From NCBI GenBank assembly GCA_009602735.1, contig WELA01002573.1:62001-112645 (forward strand): a stretch of 50,645 nt of DNA. Direction: 5' to 3'. The position numbers and the translations under genes are program-made. The notes under the pieces are model-generated. The model ran no database searches. It saw only the letters and a program-made list of their open reading frames with translations, and was not told the origin of the DNA. Every line of letters starts with the position of its first letter. Position 1 is the first letter of the stretch. The stretch is from Mesotaenium endlicherianum (Eukaryota). This document shows positions 9,966 to 23,600 of this stretch, piece after piece.

Positions 9966-10941
9966 AATTCCCAGGTGTCCCCAGAGGCATTGTAACTCTT
10001 CCATCTGACCAAATAATTTATGACATAATCAGATGATCGACGGACAGAGCGAGCTTCTAAAATATCATCAACCTCACATTCCTCAGGGTCACCTTCTCGA
10101 ACAGCGGGGACCGCTCCTGATTGGACGGGTAACCGACCTGTGAACAGTGTGTCATCTTTGATGTATGGTTTGAGGAAGGAGACATTAAATACTCGGTGAC
10201 CCTTGTATTCCGCTGACATGTTCAACTTGTAAGCATTCTGAACGACACGGCGCACCATCAAATATGGACCGACCCAGACCGGACCAAGCTTCTTCTTGTT
10301 CACACCAGGCAGGTACAGGTGCTGAGAAGGCAGTTTGACCAAATCGCCCTTTGAAAATGTCAGCTCCCGACGGTGTTGATTAGCGTAATTTTTTTGATTT
10401 TCCTGGGCTTTGTGCAGATTGTGTTGGACTTCTGATAGGGTGTCAATAAACTTTGAGTCAACTGGAGAGAGACCGAATTGTGAATCCCCTCAGGGTGAGT
10501 TAAAGAATCCCCTAGTACATATGAAGGAGACTTAGGAATCCTACCCAGACTGAGTTCATAAGGAGTCTTTCACGTTGACGCGTGCACCGCACTGTTGACC
10601 GCAAACTGAATTTGAGGCAACAGGTCATCCCAATTATCTTATTTTTGGTTAATGTATACTCTCAGCAACTCTTGCAAAACTCGGTTAGGTCTTTAAGTTT
10701 GCCCATCAGTCTGAGGGTGCTTTGCTGTGCTGAGCAGCTGTTTGACTCCCATTAACCCCATTAAAGCTCTCCAGAACTTAGAGCTTAATTTTGAGTCTCT
10801 GTCTGAGATGATAGTAGAGGGTAGCCCATGTTGGCATACTACATGGTTGTAGAACTATCTTGCAGTTTCGAGTGCAGTTACTTTGACAGTGGTGGGGATG
10901 AAAAAGACCATTTTTGTCAATTTATCCACTACTACCAATAT

Positions 10942-11685
10942 TGTAAGGTCATAGGTTTATAAAGTGCATTTTTGAGTTTCATAAAAGTATTGTTTGATTG
11001 TATATTAATGTAGAGTGCATTTTTGTGGTCATTTTGATATAAAGTTCATCGAGTTTGGTCAAGTATTGAGAGAGTTACGGATTTCTGAAGTTTAATTAAT
11101 TTTGAGGTCGGTTGACGACTGTCCTTAATTCGCGGTGAGCGCGACCGTCGGATTGACCGACAGCGTCGAGCGATCTGGCCCGTTAGTGTGAACTCGAACC
11201 TTCACGTAAGTTTGGCTGACGCGGAGTGCCGACTAGGTCGATTTACCTAGAAGTTTCGGTTTAGCCTAGCGCGTCTAAGATAGAATATTCTAGTAATGTC
11301 GATGCATGTATGTGGACGTCAATTCGGCCCGACACGTCAGATTGGACTGATCTGGCTTACTCACGAATATTCTAGAAGGGACGATTTGACAAACACTTAG
11401 GAAAATCCGTAGCTTCCTCCTAGGGAGGAGCACTTAGGCATAAAATTATAAATAGGCATAACTTCTTTGTTTCTTATCAGTTCTCAATTTTGTAAATTTC
11501 TACAAGTTTGTAATGACAAGACCTTTCATCCTACATCATTTGTAAACAGTTCCTTGCTACTCAGAATGTTGAGTATTTTTCCTAAGTTTTGTTAGTGATA
11601 TGCCGCTGCACTCTCTAGTATGATTGCAACTAGTTCCTTTCCTCGTGAGTTACTACACTTCCACTAGGGCACTCAGCCCCTTTCA
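10942..11685 (+). repeat. 5' LTR of F
   Basis: TGTAAGG...CCTTTCA; TATAAATA at 11447. Confidence 0.95.
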
Positions 11686-11800
11686 TCTGGCATGTAAGCT
11701 AGGCTAGTTTGCATATTATACTCTGGAGTCGCAGTCGGCAGTTGGAGGAGGCAAACATGTTGAGCATGTTGAGCGCGCGGGGCAGCAGGCAGCACCAACA

Positions 11801-12745
11801 ATGACCAGAGAGCAACAAGAGATGCAGGCCATGCTAAGGCAAATGGCAAATGCAATTGGAGGAGAAGTCTACACCTAGTTTCAACAAAATATGCGCGCGG
11901 AGGTGGAGAGAATGGTGCAAGTTGTTTATGGGGAACGCCGCTTCGATCAAGCTGCACCTGTTGTACCACCAATTCATGTTAACCCAGTGGTGCAACCAGT
12001 TATTCCACCCGCATTGGGAGTGCGTGCGCCTAAGCCTGAAGTGTATACTGGAGAGCGTGGATCGCCGCCTGTTTATCAATGGATTTTTGGAGTGAAGAAG
12101 TTTATGGAGTATTCTGCGCTCGCGCCCGACAGGCAAGTCGCCTTTGTCATAACTTTACTGCAGAAGAGTGCTGGAGCTTGGTATGAGCGACAGGAGCAGC
12201 TGAGTGGAGTTCCTGCTACTGTTGATCAGCTATTTGAAGGCTTGAAGAGGCATTTCAACCTATTGCACCCGAGGCTACCGCTCGAGATCTATTGGTGCGC
12301 CTTCGTCAACGAGGAAGCGTTCAAGAGTATGTATCGCGCTTCAACGAGCTGGTGCTTCAATGTCCATCCATGCACGAGTCGGAGATGATAGACAATTTCA
12401 AGAGGGGACTTAAGCCAACTGTGGCCAAGGAAGTGGCGCTCAAGGACCCTACCAGTCTTGCAGAAACGATGGCATTGGCAACAAGGGTCGACGCTGTGGA
12501 GTATAGTTAGAGGCAGTAGGGCAGCCACAACTTTGGAGGATATCGACACTTTGGATCTCAAGCGCCAAGCACGAGTTCAAGGTCCAGTACCTATGGAGTT
12601 GGGACTTGTCCAGTACTAGCGCAGGCAGCAGAATTTGAAGCCAAGAGGACCCTGCTATAATTGCGGCAAGCTTGGACATTTGGCTCGAGACTGTCATGTG
12701 AAGGCGAAGCAACCTCAACAACAGGAAAAAGGAGGACGCCAGTAA
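11801..12745 (+). pseudogene. gag: Gag of F (frameshifted, with stops; start approximate)
   Basis: PKPEVYTG, RLRQRGSVQEY, FKRGLK, CYNCGKLGHLARDC. Confidence 0.85.
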
Positions 12746-12767
12746 GTCGTTCTGGGGTGTCACTGGC

Positions 12768-15700
12768 GTGAAGACGAGAACTCACAAGGAGGTTATCTCC
12801 AGGAGCCTGCCGAGAAGCGAAAGACGAGATGTTGACAAGCCTATCATCGTGGAAGGAGTAGTCGACGGCAACAAGGCAAAATGTATGCTCAACAGTGGCG
12901 CAAGTGCAAATTTTGTGCACAAGAAGCTGGTGAAAGAGTGGCGAATCCCTGTGTAGAAGCATTATGAGCCTAAGGAGGGAATTTTGGCGAATGGGCAAAA
13001 GCTCAAGTGTGGTGCATCTACGGAAGCTCTTCACGTGGAAGTAGCGGGGCACCAAAGTACTGAAGTTATGGAGCAGGCAGAGTTAGGTCACCATGAGGTG
13101 ATATTGGGCCGACCATTGCTGAGAAAAGCCAACCCTCAAGTGCACTGGAGCACAGGACAAGTGAAAGTCCAAGGGCGTGATGGTCGAATGGAGACAGCAA
13201 AACAGGTGGAGGTAGATACGACCACAAGTAACTGTCTTCTGTCGAGCCTGCAAGCTAAGAAGCTATGCAGGGTGAAGGAGATGTACCTTGTTTCGATGGC
13301 CTTGGCCAGGTCATGAGATGGAGCAAGTGTGAATCCTAACAGCCTGGGTGAATGTACATCGCCGGAAGAGCAAGTAGTGGTGTCTGATCCCCTTGCTCAG
13401 AAGGAGCAGAGCCCAATCGCTCAAGAGAAGAAGCCTGCTGAGATGCCTGCCCAAATTAAGGCGCTGTTGGAGGAGTTCAAGTGCGTATTTCCTGAGGAGC
13501 TACCTGTAGGATTACCTCCACAGAGAGGTATGGAGCACAAGGACGAGTTGATTGACAGGCTTGTCGGGGCAAAGTATTTCTCGAAGATCGATTTCAGGAG
13601 TGGCTATCACCAAGTACGAATTGCGGAAGGAGACGTTCAGAAGACTGCTCTCAGGACTCGCTATGGTTTATTAGAGTTCACAGTCATGCCTTTAGGGCTG
13701 ACTAATGCACCTGCTACATTCATGGGACTCGTGAATAGTATCTTCAGACCCTATCTAGACCAGTTTGTGGTGGTATTTTTGGACGACATCCTGATTTATT
13801 CAGAGACCTTGGAAGAGCATGTGGAGCATCTGAGGAAGGTGTCGGAGGTCTTGAGAGATTAGAAGCTGTATGGAAAGATGAGCAAGTGCAACTTCTGTCT
13901 CAAGGAGGTCAAGTTTCTTGGGCACATAGTGGGAGCTGAAGGAGTCAAGGTGGAGCAAAAGAAGGTGCAAGCAGTCAGAGATTGGCCGGTACCTGCTGAT
14001 ATTCATCAACTGAGGAGTTTCCTCGGCATGGCGAATTATTATCGACGTTTCATTGAAGGATTTGCCAAGGTGTGTGCACCGCTCACGAACATGTTGAAGA
14101 AGCAGGAGAAGTGGCTATGGGGTGACAAAGAGCAGCAAGCTTTTGAGAAGATTAAAGAGCTGTTGACACAGGCACCTGTGTTGGCAATTGCCAGTTCAGA
14201 GCTTCCTTTCACCATCATCACGGACGCATCAAATTTTGCAGTGGGAGCCATTCTTCTCCAGGACCAGGGCAAAGGATTGCAGCCTGTGGCATATGAGAGC
14301 AAGAAATTGAGTCCTGCTGAGCAAAACTATGCTGCACATGAGCGGGAGATGTTGGCTTTTATCCAGGCTTTGAGGATTCGGCGATGTTATGTGGACGGCC
14401 GGAAGGTGTTCGTCAAGACCGACCACAAGAGCTTGGAGAAGTTTATGACGCAGCCAACATTGACACCAAGACAGGCAAGGTGGATGGAGTTTCTGCAACA
14501 ATTTGACCACAAGATTGAGTACTTACCTGGGAAGATCAACCCTGCAGACGTTTTATCCAGGAGATGTGACCTTGCAGCTGTCTCAGTCATCGAGAAGAGT
14601 ATGGACTTCAAGGAAAAGCTTCAAAGAGGTTATGAGGAGGATCCAGAGTTTGCTGATGGTGGAGCAGCTGAGTCTAATGCGAGTATGCAGAAGAAGAACG
14701 GCATATGGTATTATGGTGATTCCAAGAGAGTGGTGGTACCTAACATCAAGGAGCTACGAGACTTACTACTTGCGGAGCATCATGATTGCTTATATGCTGG
14801 ACACTTTGGAAGCGAGAAGACGGCAAGCGTGCTGAAGCGAGAGTACTATTGGAGAAATATGGACAAGGACATCGAGGAGTGGATCAGGAGTTGTGATGCG
14901 TGCCAGAGAAACAAGACACCAAATCGAAAGAAGGGAGGTACATTGCAGCCCCTGCCTATTCCAGAGTATCCTTGGGAGCAGATTGCTATGGACTTCATCA
15001 CATCGTTACCAGTTAGTGGTCAAGGGCACGATGCAGTTTGGGTTGTATCTAATAGACTCAGCAAAATGGCTCACTTCATTCCCATGAAGGAGACTTCTAT
15101 GGCAGCGGATGTGGCACGTCTATTCTTTGATCACATCTTCAGGCTACATGGGTTGCCGAAGGTGATTGTTTCAGATTGGGATCCAAGGCTTACTAGCAAT
15201 GTTTGGCGGTCATTGTTTACTTTGATGGGGACCAAGTTGAGTATGAGCACTTCCTATCATCCTCAGACAGACGGGCAGAGTGAGAGGCTCAACAGAACAC
15301 TGCAAGAGGTGCTCAGGAGTTTCACTATGGAGGACCCTTCAGAGTGGGACAAGAAGTTGCCAGGATTGGAATTTGCCTACAACAACAGCATGCAGGGATC
15401 GACCAAGCAGTCACCATTTGCTATGGTTTATAGGAGAGAAGTATATCATCCAGAGAACATCTTGTTGGAGAAGGCCAAGGAGACTCAGGTTCCTACTACA
15501 CAAGCTTTTATGTAGCAGATGGCCAAGACTTAGGATATGGCGAAGACGTGTATTCGGAAGGCACAGGAGGAACAGGTCAAGTATGCCAACAAGCACAAGA
15601 GGGAAGTGACATACCATGTGGGTGACAAAGTACTCTTTTCAACAGAGAACCTACCTTTCACAGGCAAGAGGAATCGCGGGCACGATTTACAGGTCCCTTT

Positions 15701-16087
15701 GTGGTGCTCAAGCAGGTGAATCCAGTGACCTACAAGTTGGAACTTCCTTCAGGCTGGCGTATACATGATGTGTTCCATGTCAGTTGTTTTCGGCCATACG
15801 TTGACCCAAATGAAGGACATCCAGGACGACTACCTACACCGCCACCACCGATTGAGATCGATGATGTATTGGAGTATGAAGTGGAGGCGATTGTCGGCGA
15901 TCAACGAGTCAAGCGAGGTCAACGATTTGTCCAAGAGTATCTGGTCAAGTGGAATGGCTACCCTGCGGACGACAACACTTGGGAGCCAGAGGCCAACTTG
16001 ACTCATTGTAAGAGTAAGTTGAGACGATATCTGCAGAATGCGTCGAGGACGTCGCTTCTTGAGGAGGGGGATGATGTAAGGTCATAG
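12768..16087 (+). pseudogene. pol: Pol of F: PR, RT (internal deletion), RH, IN, chromodomain
   Basis: [67 protein letters not shown]. Confidence 0.95.
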
Positions 16088-16816
16088 GTTTATAAAGTGC
16101 ATTTTTGAGTTTCATAAAAGTAGTTTTTGATTGTTTATTAATGTAGAGTGTATTTGTGTGGTCATTTTGATGTAAAGTTCATCGAATTTGGTCAAGTATT
16201 GAGAGAGCTACGGATTTCCGAAGTTTGAAAAGTTTTGAGGTCGGTTGACGACTGTCCTTAATTCGCAATGAGCGCGACCGTCGGATTGACCGACAGCGTC
16301 GAGCGATCTGGCCCGTTAGTGTGATCTCGAACCTTCACGTAAGTTCGGCTGACGCGGAGTGCCGACTAGGTCGATTTACTTGAAAGTTTCGGTTTAGCCT
16401 AGCGCGTCTAAGATAGAATATTCTAGTAATGTCGATGCATGTATGTGGACGTCAATTTGTCCCGACACGTCAGATTAGACTGATCTGGCTAACTCACGAA
16501 TATTTTGGAAGGGACGATTTGACGAACACAGGAAAATTCGTACCTTTCTCCTAGGGAGGAGCACTTAGGCAGAAAATTATAAATAGGCATAACTTCTTTG
16601 TTTCTTATCAGTTTTCACTTCTGTAAATTTCTACGGGTTTGTAAGGACAAGGCCTTTCATACTACATAATTTGTGAACAGTTTGTTGTTAGTCAAAATGT
16701 TGAGTAATTTTCCTAAGCTTTGTTAGTGATATGCCGTTGCACTCTCTAGTATGATTGCAACCAGTTCCTTTCCTCGTGAGTTACTACGCTTCCACTAGGT
16801 CACTCTGCCCCTTTCA
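16075..16816 (+). repeat. 3' LTR of F
   Basis: Direct repeat of 10942-11685. Confidence 0.95.
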
Positions 16817-19537
16817 AATATCGAATCATGCCCATTGGCAGTTCTTCGTAGTGTTACCACCCAGTCCATGAATAATGTTTTCCAGCGTCCAGCTGGGATG
16901 GGTAGTGGTTGTAACAGCCACCCGGGTGGTGTGTGCCTAGAGTTATTTTTCTGACACTGGTCATAGGACTTAACTTATTTCAAAACCTCCCGAGACAACC
17001 CATTCCAATGGTAATGTTTTGCCAGTTTGCCGACAGTTTTGGCCTGTCCCAAATACCCACCCAATAAACTATCATGTGCTTGACTCAATAAGAGTGACCT
17101 TGTTTCCAAGTTAATAGGAATGACTAGCTTGAGTCTGCCTGAAGTGGTTTCAGTCACCCAGACCCCTCCCTTTAGCCTATACCCGAGTGCAGTAGCATAA
17201 CACATACCATCAGTGGGGCTGAGCTCAAATGTTAAGGCGGAAAGGTAGGCTTTCCTAAGTTGTTCAAGGAAGGACTTTTTCACCTTTACTGAAGTGAGTG
17301 CACAAAGGACTTTATTTACAGCATGCTGATTAAAGTTTCTTTCTTGCAAGTCAGGTCGTCTAGAGAGTGCATCAGCAAGATTCAACTTCCCTGGTTTGTA
17401 GTCAATCTGGACTTGGAACTGCTCCAGCATCAAGCGCCAGCGGTTCTCCCTCCTCGGAAACTTGGATGATCTGTAATCAAAGCTAGATGATCTGTAATCA
17501 CCATAAACACTATACCATGTAAGTATGCTCTCCACTGTTTGAGCACATAAATGGTAGCAAGCAGCTCTTTATCATGCACAAAATTGCTAATTTCAACTGG
17601 GTTGAATTTCATAGACTCATACAACACAGGATGCCACAACTGCTTTACCTTACCATCCTTTGTGGTTTTATCAGGACGCTGCAACAAAATAGCACCCATG
17701 GGAAAGTCAGAAGCATCAGTAATCTCCTGCACAAGTTTGCTGGGATCATATACAGCTAAGATTGGAGCAGAACAGAGAGCATCTTTAAGGGTCTGGAAGG
17801 CAGCTTGCTGCTCTTCCCCCCGCACATACCCTATGTCTTTCTTAGGAAGGTCTGTCAGTTTACTGGCCTTTGTAGAGTAATTCTCAATGAATCTCCTATA
17901 GTAGTTAGCCAACCCAAGGAAGAATCTAACTTCCGAGATAGACTGTGGTATTGGTCAGTCCCTTATGGTCTGGACCTTCTTAGGATCCACACTGATGCCT
18001 TTTTTACTGACAACGTGGCCCGAGAATACTTTAAGAAGATCACACATGCTCATTTTAGCATGTAATTGATTCCTTCTGGAGTGTCCATGACAGTCTTTAA
18101 GTGCTCAGCATGCTCAGCTTCATTTTTGGAGAAAATTTAAATATCATCTAGGAAGACTTGCACAAACTTATCCAAGTAAGGCCTACAAATGTCATTCATA
18201 GCACCCATGAAGGTTGCATGAGCATTAATCAGTCTAAATGGCATCTCATTAAACTCATAGTGTCCGTAACGTGTGCAAAAGGCAGTCTTGTGTTGATCTC
18301 CTTCAGCAATTTTGATTTGATGATAGCCACTCTTGAGATCTATCTTGCTGAAAAACTTCAGCACCAGACAGAGTATTAAGCAAGTCCTCGATTTTGGGTA
18401 AAGCCTACTTGCTCTTTTTTGTAATTCTGCTAAGAGTTCTATAGTCCACACACATTTGCATACTACCATTCTTCTTCTTAACAAATAAGATGGGTGCGCC
18501 ATAGGGTGATTCACTAAAGAAATAAAACCATTTTCCTCCAGCTCTGCAATTTGTGTTTTCAACTCTTTGCTCTCCACATAAGACAAGCCATAAGTGCGTT
18601 GCCAAGGTGGCTGACTTTCACGTAATAATTCAATCTTATGATCTACTTCCCTCTTAAAAACATCAGTACAGTGAGCAACAATTTTTGCAGCAGTAGGGTG
18701 CTCCGAAGGGCTCATCTTACCACTTCTCAGGTTGAGGAGGTACCTCTTTTAGCAGCAGACCAAACATTCTGTCTTTCTTCTAGTTTGAGTTTTTGATGAA
18801 CTCCATTGCATTCAGCAATTTGCATCCTCCTGGAAGTCTCTTCTTTTCCTTCATTTGCCATCCATACAGGACAAGAGGAAGAGCACTGGTGGGTGCCAAG
18901 TCAGTCTGCCCATCACTGGCTCCTCTCACTTTAATTGTACCTCTGCTCCAACATACTTCAGCTCGATGTCTATTAAGCCAGGACCTGCCTAGCACGAGAT
19001 CATAAAAGCCAGTGTTGAGTACCTCAAATGTAAGCGTTTCAGTTAGAACTGCAATGCCAGAATCTAACTGGACCTTAATAGGCGTGGTTATAACTCCTCT
19101 CGAGATATTTGAGGCATCTCCAAAGAATACTTTACTGTTTTCTTGGGTGACAGTAGGCAGCCTTAACTGTTTAATTAAGTCTTTATGGATAAAAGTATGT
19201 GACTCTCTTCCGTCAACAAATGCCTAACCTTCCTACTTGCAATTATACAATGCAGTAGAATAGGGCGAACTGACTTTTCTTGACTTTCGCATTGTTCTCC
19301 TGACTTAGCACAGAAATGTTGGACATCAGGTCGAACAAGATCATCCATTCCAGCCACTGCTCAACATCAGCGAGAAACTTGATTAGATAATAATTTTTTG
19401 TTTCCCTCAGGATCATAGTCCTAGGGAGGTTTTGGCTTAGGTTTACTAGGCCCTCTGCCACCACCACCAGTGGTTTGAGAACCCAGTTGGTCTCTGTTAG
19501 GGAGCAATGCCATCATGATCCTTTTGTCCTCTTGTCG

Positions 19538-20279
19538 TGAAAGGGGCAGAGTGCCCTAGTGGAAGCGTAGTGACTCACGAGGAAAGGAACTAGTTGCAAT
19601 CATACTAAAGAGTGCAGCGGCATATCAGTAAGAAAGCTTAGGAAAATTACTCAACATTTTGAGTGGCAAAAAAGTGCTAAGAAATGAATTAGGATGAAAA
19701 TTCTTGTCATTACAAACCCGTAGAAATCTATAGAAGTGTAAATCGATAAGAAACGAAGAAGTTATGCCTATTCATAATTTTCTGCCTAAGTGCTCCTCTC
19801 TAGGAGGAAACTACGAAATTTCCTAAGTGTTCGTCAATTCGTCCCTTCCTGAATATTCGTGAGTAAGCCAGGTCAGTCTCATCTGACGTGTTGGGTCGAT
19901 TTGACGTCCACATACATGCATCGACATTACTAGAATATTCTATCTCGGGCGCGCTAGGCTAAACCGAAACTTCTAGGTAAATCGACCTAGTCGGCACTCC
20001 GCGTCAGCCGAACTTACGTGAAGGTTTGAGTTCACTCCAACAGGCCAGATCGCTCGACGCTGTCGGTCAATCCGACGGTCGCGCTCACCGCGAATTGAGG
20101 ATAGTCGTCAACCGACCTCAAAATTAATTAAACTTCGGAAATCCATAACTCTCAATATTTGACCAAATTTGATGAACTTTATATCGAAATGACCACAAAA
20201 AGAAACTCTACACTGCTATGCAATCAAAAGATACTTTCAAGAAACTCAAAAATGCACTTTATAAACCTATGACCTTACA
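19538..20279 (-). repeat. Solo LTR of family F inserted in the gag of B
   Basis: Reverse complement of the F LTR; TSD TGTCG (19533-19537 and 20280-20284). Confidence 0.95.
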
Positions 20280-20699
20280 TGTCGGGACTGATACATGCTC
20301 GTCACTTGCGATTGCATCTGAACAAATAAGGCTCTCAAATTTACATTCTGAGGTGGTAGCCCAGCGAATGCAGCAGCACCAACATTAGCTTGATTAGTTG
20401 CAGCTTCGACATTCCCAATTGCTGCCGCTCCGACTATGCCTCTTGCGCTCAACTGTCTGCAAATTGAGGGAGAGGTATGACAGTAGGCACAGCAGGACAC
20501 CTTGACGGTGACATGGGGCAAATTTCATCGACAATCTGAAATGGAAATATATACGAGACGAATCGGCCGCCGGGCGTCGACGGCAAATTTGAGCAAATGG
20601 AAATCGAGATTTTGCTATTCTATTAATTTCCTCACATACGTTTTAGCCAAATTTTGGAGGATTTGTATCTAACAACAGTCGGTTACACTTTCATGTCCG

Positions 20700-23600
20700 T
20701 CGTTGCTGGTGTACCTTAGACAAGCTTCACGAGTTGAATCGGTCCGGCGGGCCCCAAATGGAGTGCCGTCAGGGACCCTCAGTTCTGGCGTATCTTGACA
20801 ACTCGTCGATTATGTCAGCATCACCTCGTCCCCGTTGGTACTTTACTTGTTATTGCCTCACATGTTCTATCCGCGTGCACGTGAGCACAATCCCATCCGG
20901 CCTTGCCCGTTGTGTCCACATCCAGGTTCGCTCGCGATGTTTTGTCCTTGTCTCCAGCGATCCTTACACATCTGACATGCTTTGGATTTGTTTCCACCAT
21001 GTACAAATTGCGGAAATAATTTGCCGATAGCTGGTCACATGTCGGTTTCAAACCTCTCTGTGCAATATCACTACCTTACCCACAATGACTACATTGCAAG
21101 ACCAACCAGATGGGCTTGCTTTTGGAACCAGGAGGAATGATTGCAGTGGGCGCCAACGCGGCAACTTTTCAGTGACTGTGCAGCTGGAGAATTCAATTCA
21201 ACTAGTTGATTTGTATTTTATTCAGCCACAACGAAGTGGAACTTCATTTACTTACCAAGCTGCAGAGTTCCATTTCACTCGTTGAGATTTATTTTCTTCA
21301 GCCACAACGAAGTGAGAGTTTATTTGAACCATCATGAATGAAAACATTTTGCCTTGTGCAAAAAACATTTATTTCTGGAAATCCTAGCATATTTGTGTAC
21401 CTTGTGATGCAGAACAGTGTCATACTGCAAGGACGCAGCAATTTGTATTTTGAGAGCAGAGAAATAGTTTCATAATTTGGATCACACACGTATATGAACC
21501 TCGTGCCATATCAGCAGGTTGTCATTCAGAATGCCTCAGGAGCATTTTGATTGCAGAAGATATATTGAATATTTATTTTTCTTCATTAGATGGAAGTATG
21601 CTTCCAACACACTGGGTGATAAATAAAGCAATGCCTCTAAATTGAGCCTACCTAGCTACCTGCTGTCCACCATTCCAAACTCCTTGCGTAGTACCTATCT
21701 GTATCCTATTATTTACCTACCACTCATCATAATATTAATTTACAAGGTCAACACAGCTTGTTTTGTCACTGTTGGGTCAGAAAGTTGTTTGCTCGCATCC
21801 GATTCTATTTCTTTTTCTTCACAAGCTCCTTCTTGAGCTTCACTCCCGAAGTGGTCAGTGTGGCACCCCCGCGCTCGTTACCTTTGCCTGCAATTTACAC
21901 AAGCAAACGCTCTCATCAGCAGTTTGGCCCAACTCGAGGTACAAAGTCCATTTAGCCTAGAGAGTGGATTTTTATTTTTCACCTGAAAAAGACTTGTTGA
22001 ATATTTGCAAAGGTTCCTCAACTTCTCCCTTCGCCCCCGCTTGCTGTGTAGTAGAGTGTACACCCGCACAAAAGACAAATGCAGGAGTGTTAATGAAGCT
22101 TTCACCAAGTACACCTTCCATTAAAGCTGGAGCCGAATTACCATGCCAGGCCCGAGAGTAGATGGTACTTACAGGCTTCATAAAGACCATGATCAGCAAT
22201 TCCATGGACGTCAGTATTTTTGGCATGTCGTCGACCTTTGCACCGTTTTCGATTAAGGTCTTCCAGGGTGTCGTATGAGTGATCAGATGCCTGGCCATCT
22301 CTTCCCTCTTTGCATCGGATAACTCGGTTTGGGCTTCGTCGAGCCCGTACTCTGGAAGCGTCAAGATCGCACTCATTTTTGAGGTGATCAACGTTCAGTT
22401 GTTCCTCCACTTAGTAGTCAACAACTGCAAGCTCGAAACAAACAAGCTGCGGTGAGATGGATAAGATAGTAATAGGCTTAGGTGTATTCACAAAAATGAA
22501 TTGCTTGGAAAAAGGGGTTCCTCATTAGTTTGAGAGGATGACACTCACGTCCTGGACCTCCTTGTGTAGCTGCGCTCCTACCAGATGCTGCTTGAACCAC
22601 ATAGCAAGGTCTGGAATGAGACGCTTCTTTCTCGTCGTCCAATCGTCCACTACCTTGGCTGTTCTCTCGTCCCTTCGTACCATCATCTTTTGGATGACCT
22701 CCACTGCCTGAATATCTATAGCGTTTTTGTCAAGCTCAATGTCCACTCATGCAAATGCGCTGGTCCGCTTCAATTTGAATACTTTCGCACAGCTGTCCGC
22801 CTGCACAAATTGAAACCTAATTAGGAATTCGTGACCACTACTGTGGAAACTCAAATCCGACCTAACAGAGCAATGCCGAAACATTGCAGACTTACTAGAT
22901 TGGTTTTTTTAGGCCCAAGAGGTGTCCTGGAAAGCCTCTTTGGGGCCCCACTTCCGTGGTTAACATCCTCTGCAATATTAACTATAGCGGTGCACATATG
23001 CATCATTATCTTGTAATTTCTATCAGATTTTGCATTAATGACAGCAAATGGACCCGACATTGGAATTTCTTCATGGTCAGTAGCAACCTCATGATCTGCA
23101 ACTATATTTCTTAAAACGCCCAGCACGATGTCATTCTTGCTCTGCTTAGGCAGCGGCGATGTCGACTCTGGTGTTCCCTCTGGTGTTCCCTCATCCTCCT
23201 CGAGAGTACTACTAGTGGTAATGACCGGTTCGGGCCTCGTCGATGGCCCTAATGAGGTGCAAACAATGCCGGCCTTCAAGTCTTTGCGAAGAAAGTGAAG
23301 ACTCTCGCCTAAGTTGATAGCCTGAACCAACATATGCTGATACTTAATGCTTATCTTGGGATGAGTCTTTCTCCTTTTCTTCACACTACCTTCCTCTTTC
23401 ACTGGCCGTTGGTATTTGTGGCCGTATACCTCAATTAGTGATCTAACTACCTTTATTTGAGCACTTTTCTTTGCTTCCCGAGGAGGTTGCATTCTCCTTA
23501 TACTACCCCCACGATCCATTGTCCTCCACCCGGGTTTATAAGTCGCCAATCATCCCTGACACGCCCTACATTTTGGCCAAAATAATGGATGGAGAATTTT
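20700..23600 (-). pseudogene. Decayed, probably multi-exon gene of unknown family
   Basis: Collinear minus ORFs 22851-23549, 22525-22746, 21972-22391 bounded by GTAAGT/GTGAGT donors and TGCAG acceptors; internal stops; ends approximate. Confidence 0.35.

Larger units (their letters stand above)
10942..16816 (+). mobile_element. Full-length chromovirus F (second family) inserted in the integrase of B
   Basis: Paired LTRs, TSD AATAT (10937-10941 and 16817-16821), PPT GAGGAGGGGGA at 16061-16071. Confidence 0.95.
9246..20478 (-). mobile_element. Chromovirus copy B (A lineage), deletion derivative lacking ORF3, PPT, most of gag and the 5' LTR; interrupted by F and a solo LTR
   Basis: Minus-strand homology to A: LTR 9246-9965, IN/chromo 9966-10941, RH/RT/PR 16817-19347, gag pieces 19348-19537 and 20280 to ~20478 (right edge approximate). 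Confidence 0.9.

Noticed and set aside
11686..11705. Self-priming PBS in F (TGGCATGTAAGC)
   Set aside because: No complementary tract found in the LTR by eye; it may be a decayed or different tRNA PBS
21221..21314. 18-bp direct repeat TTCAGCCACAACGAAGTG as a CRISPR-like array or TSD
   Set aside because: Only two copies, eukaryotic context, no cas genes
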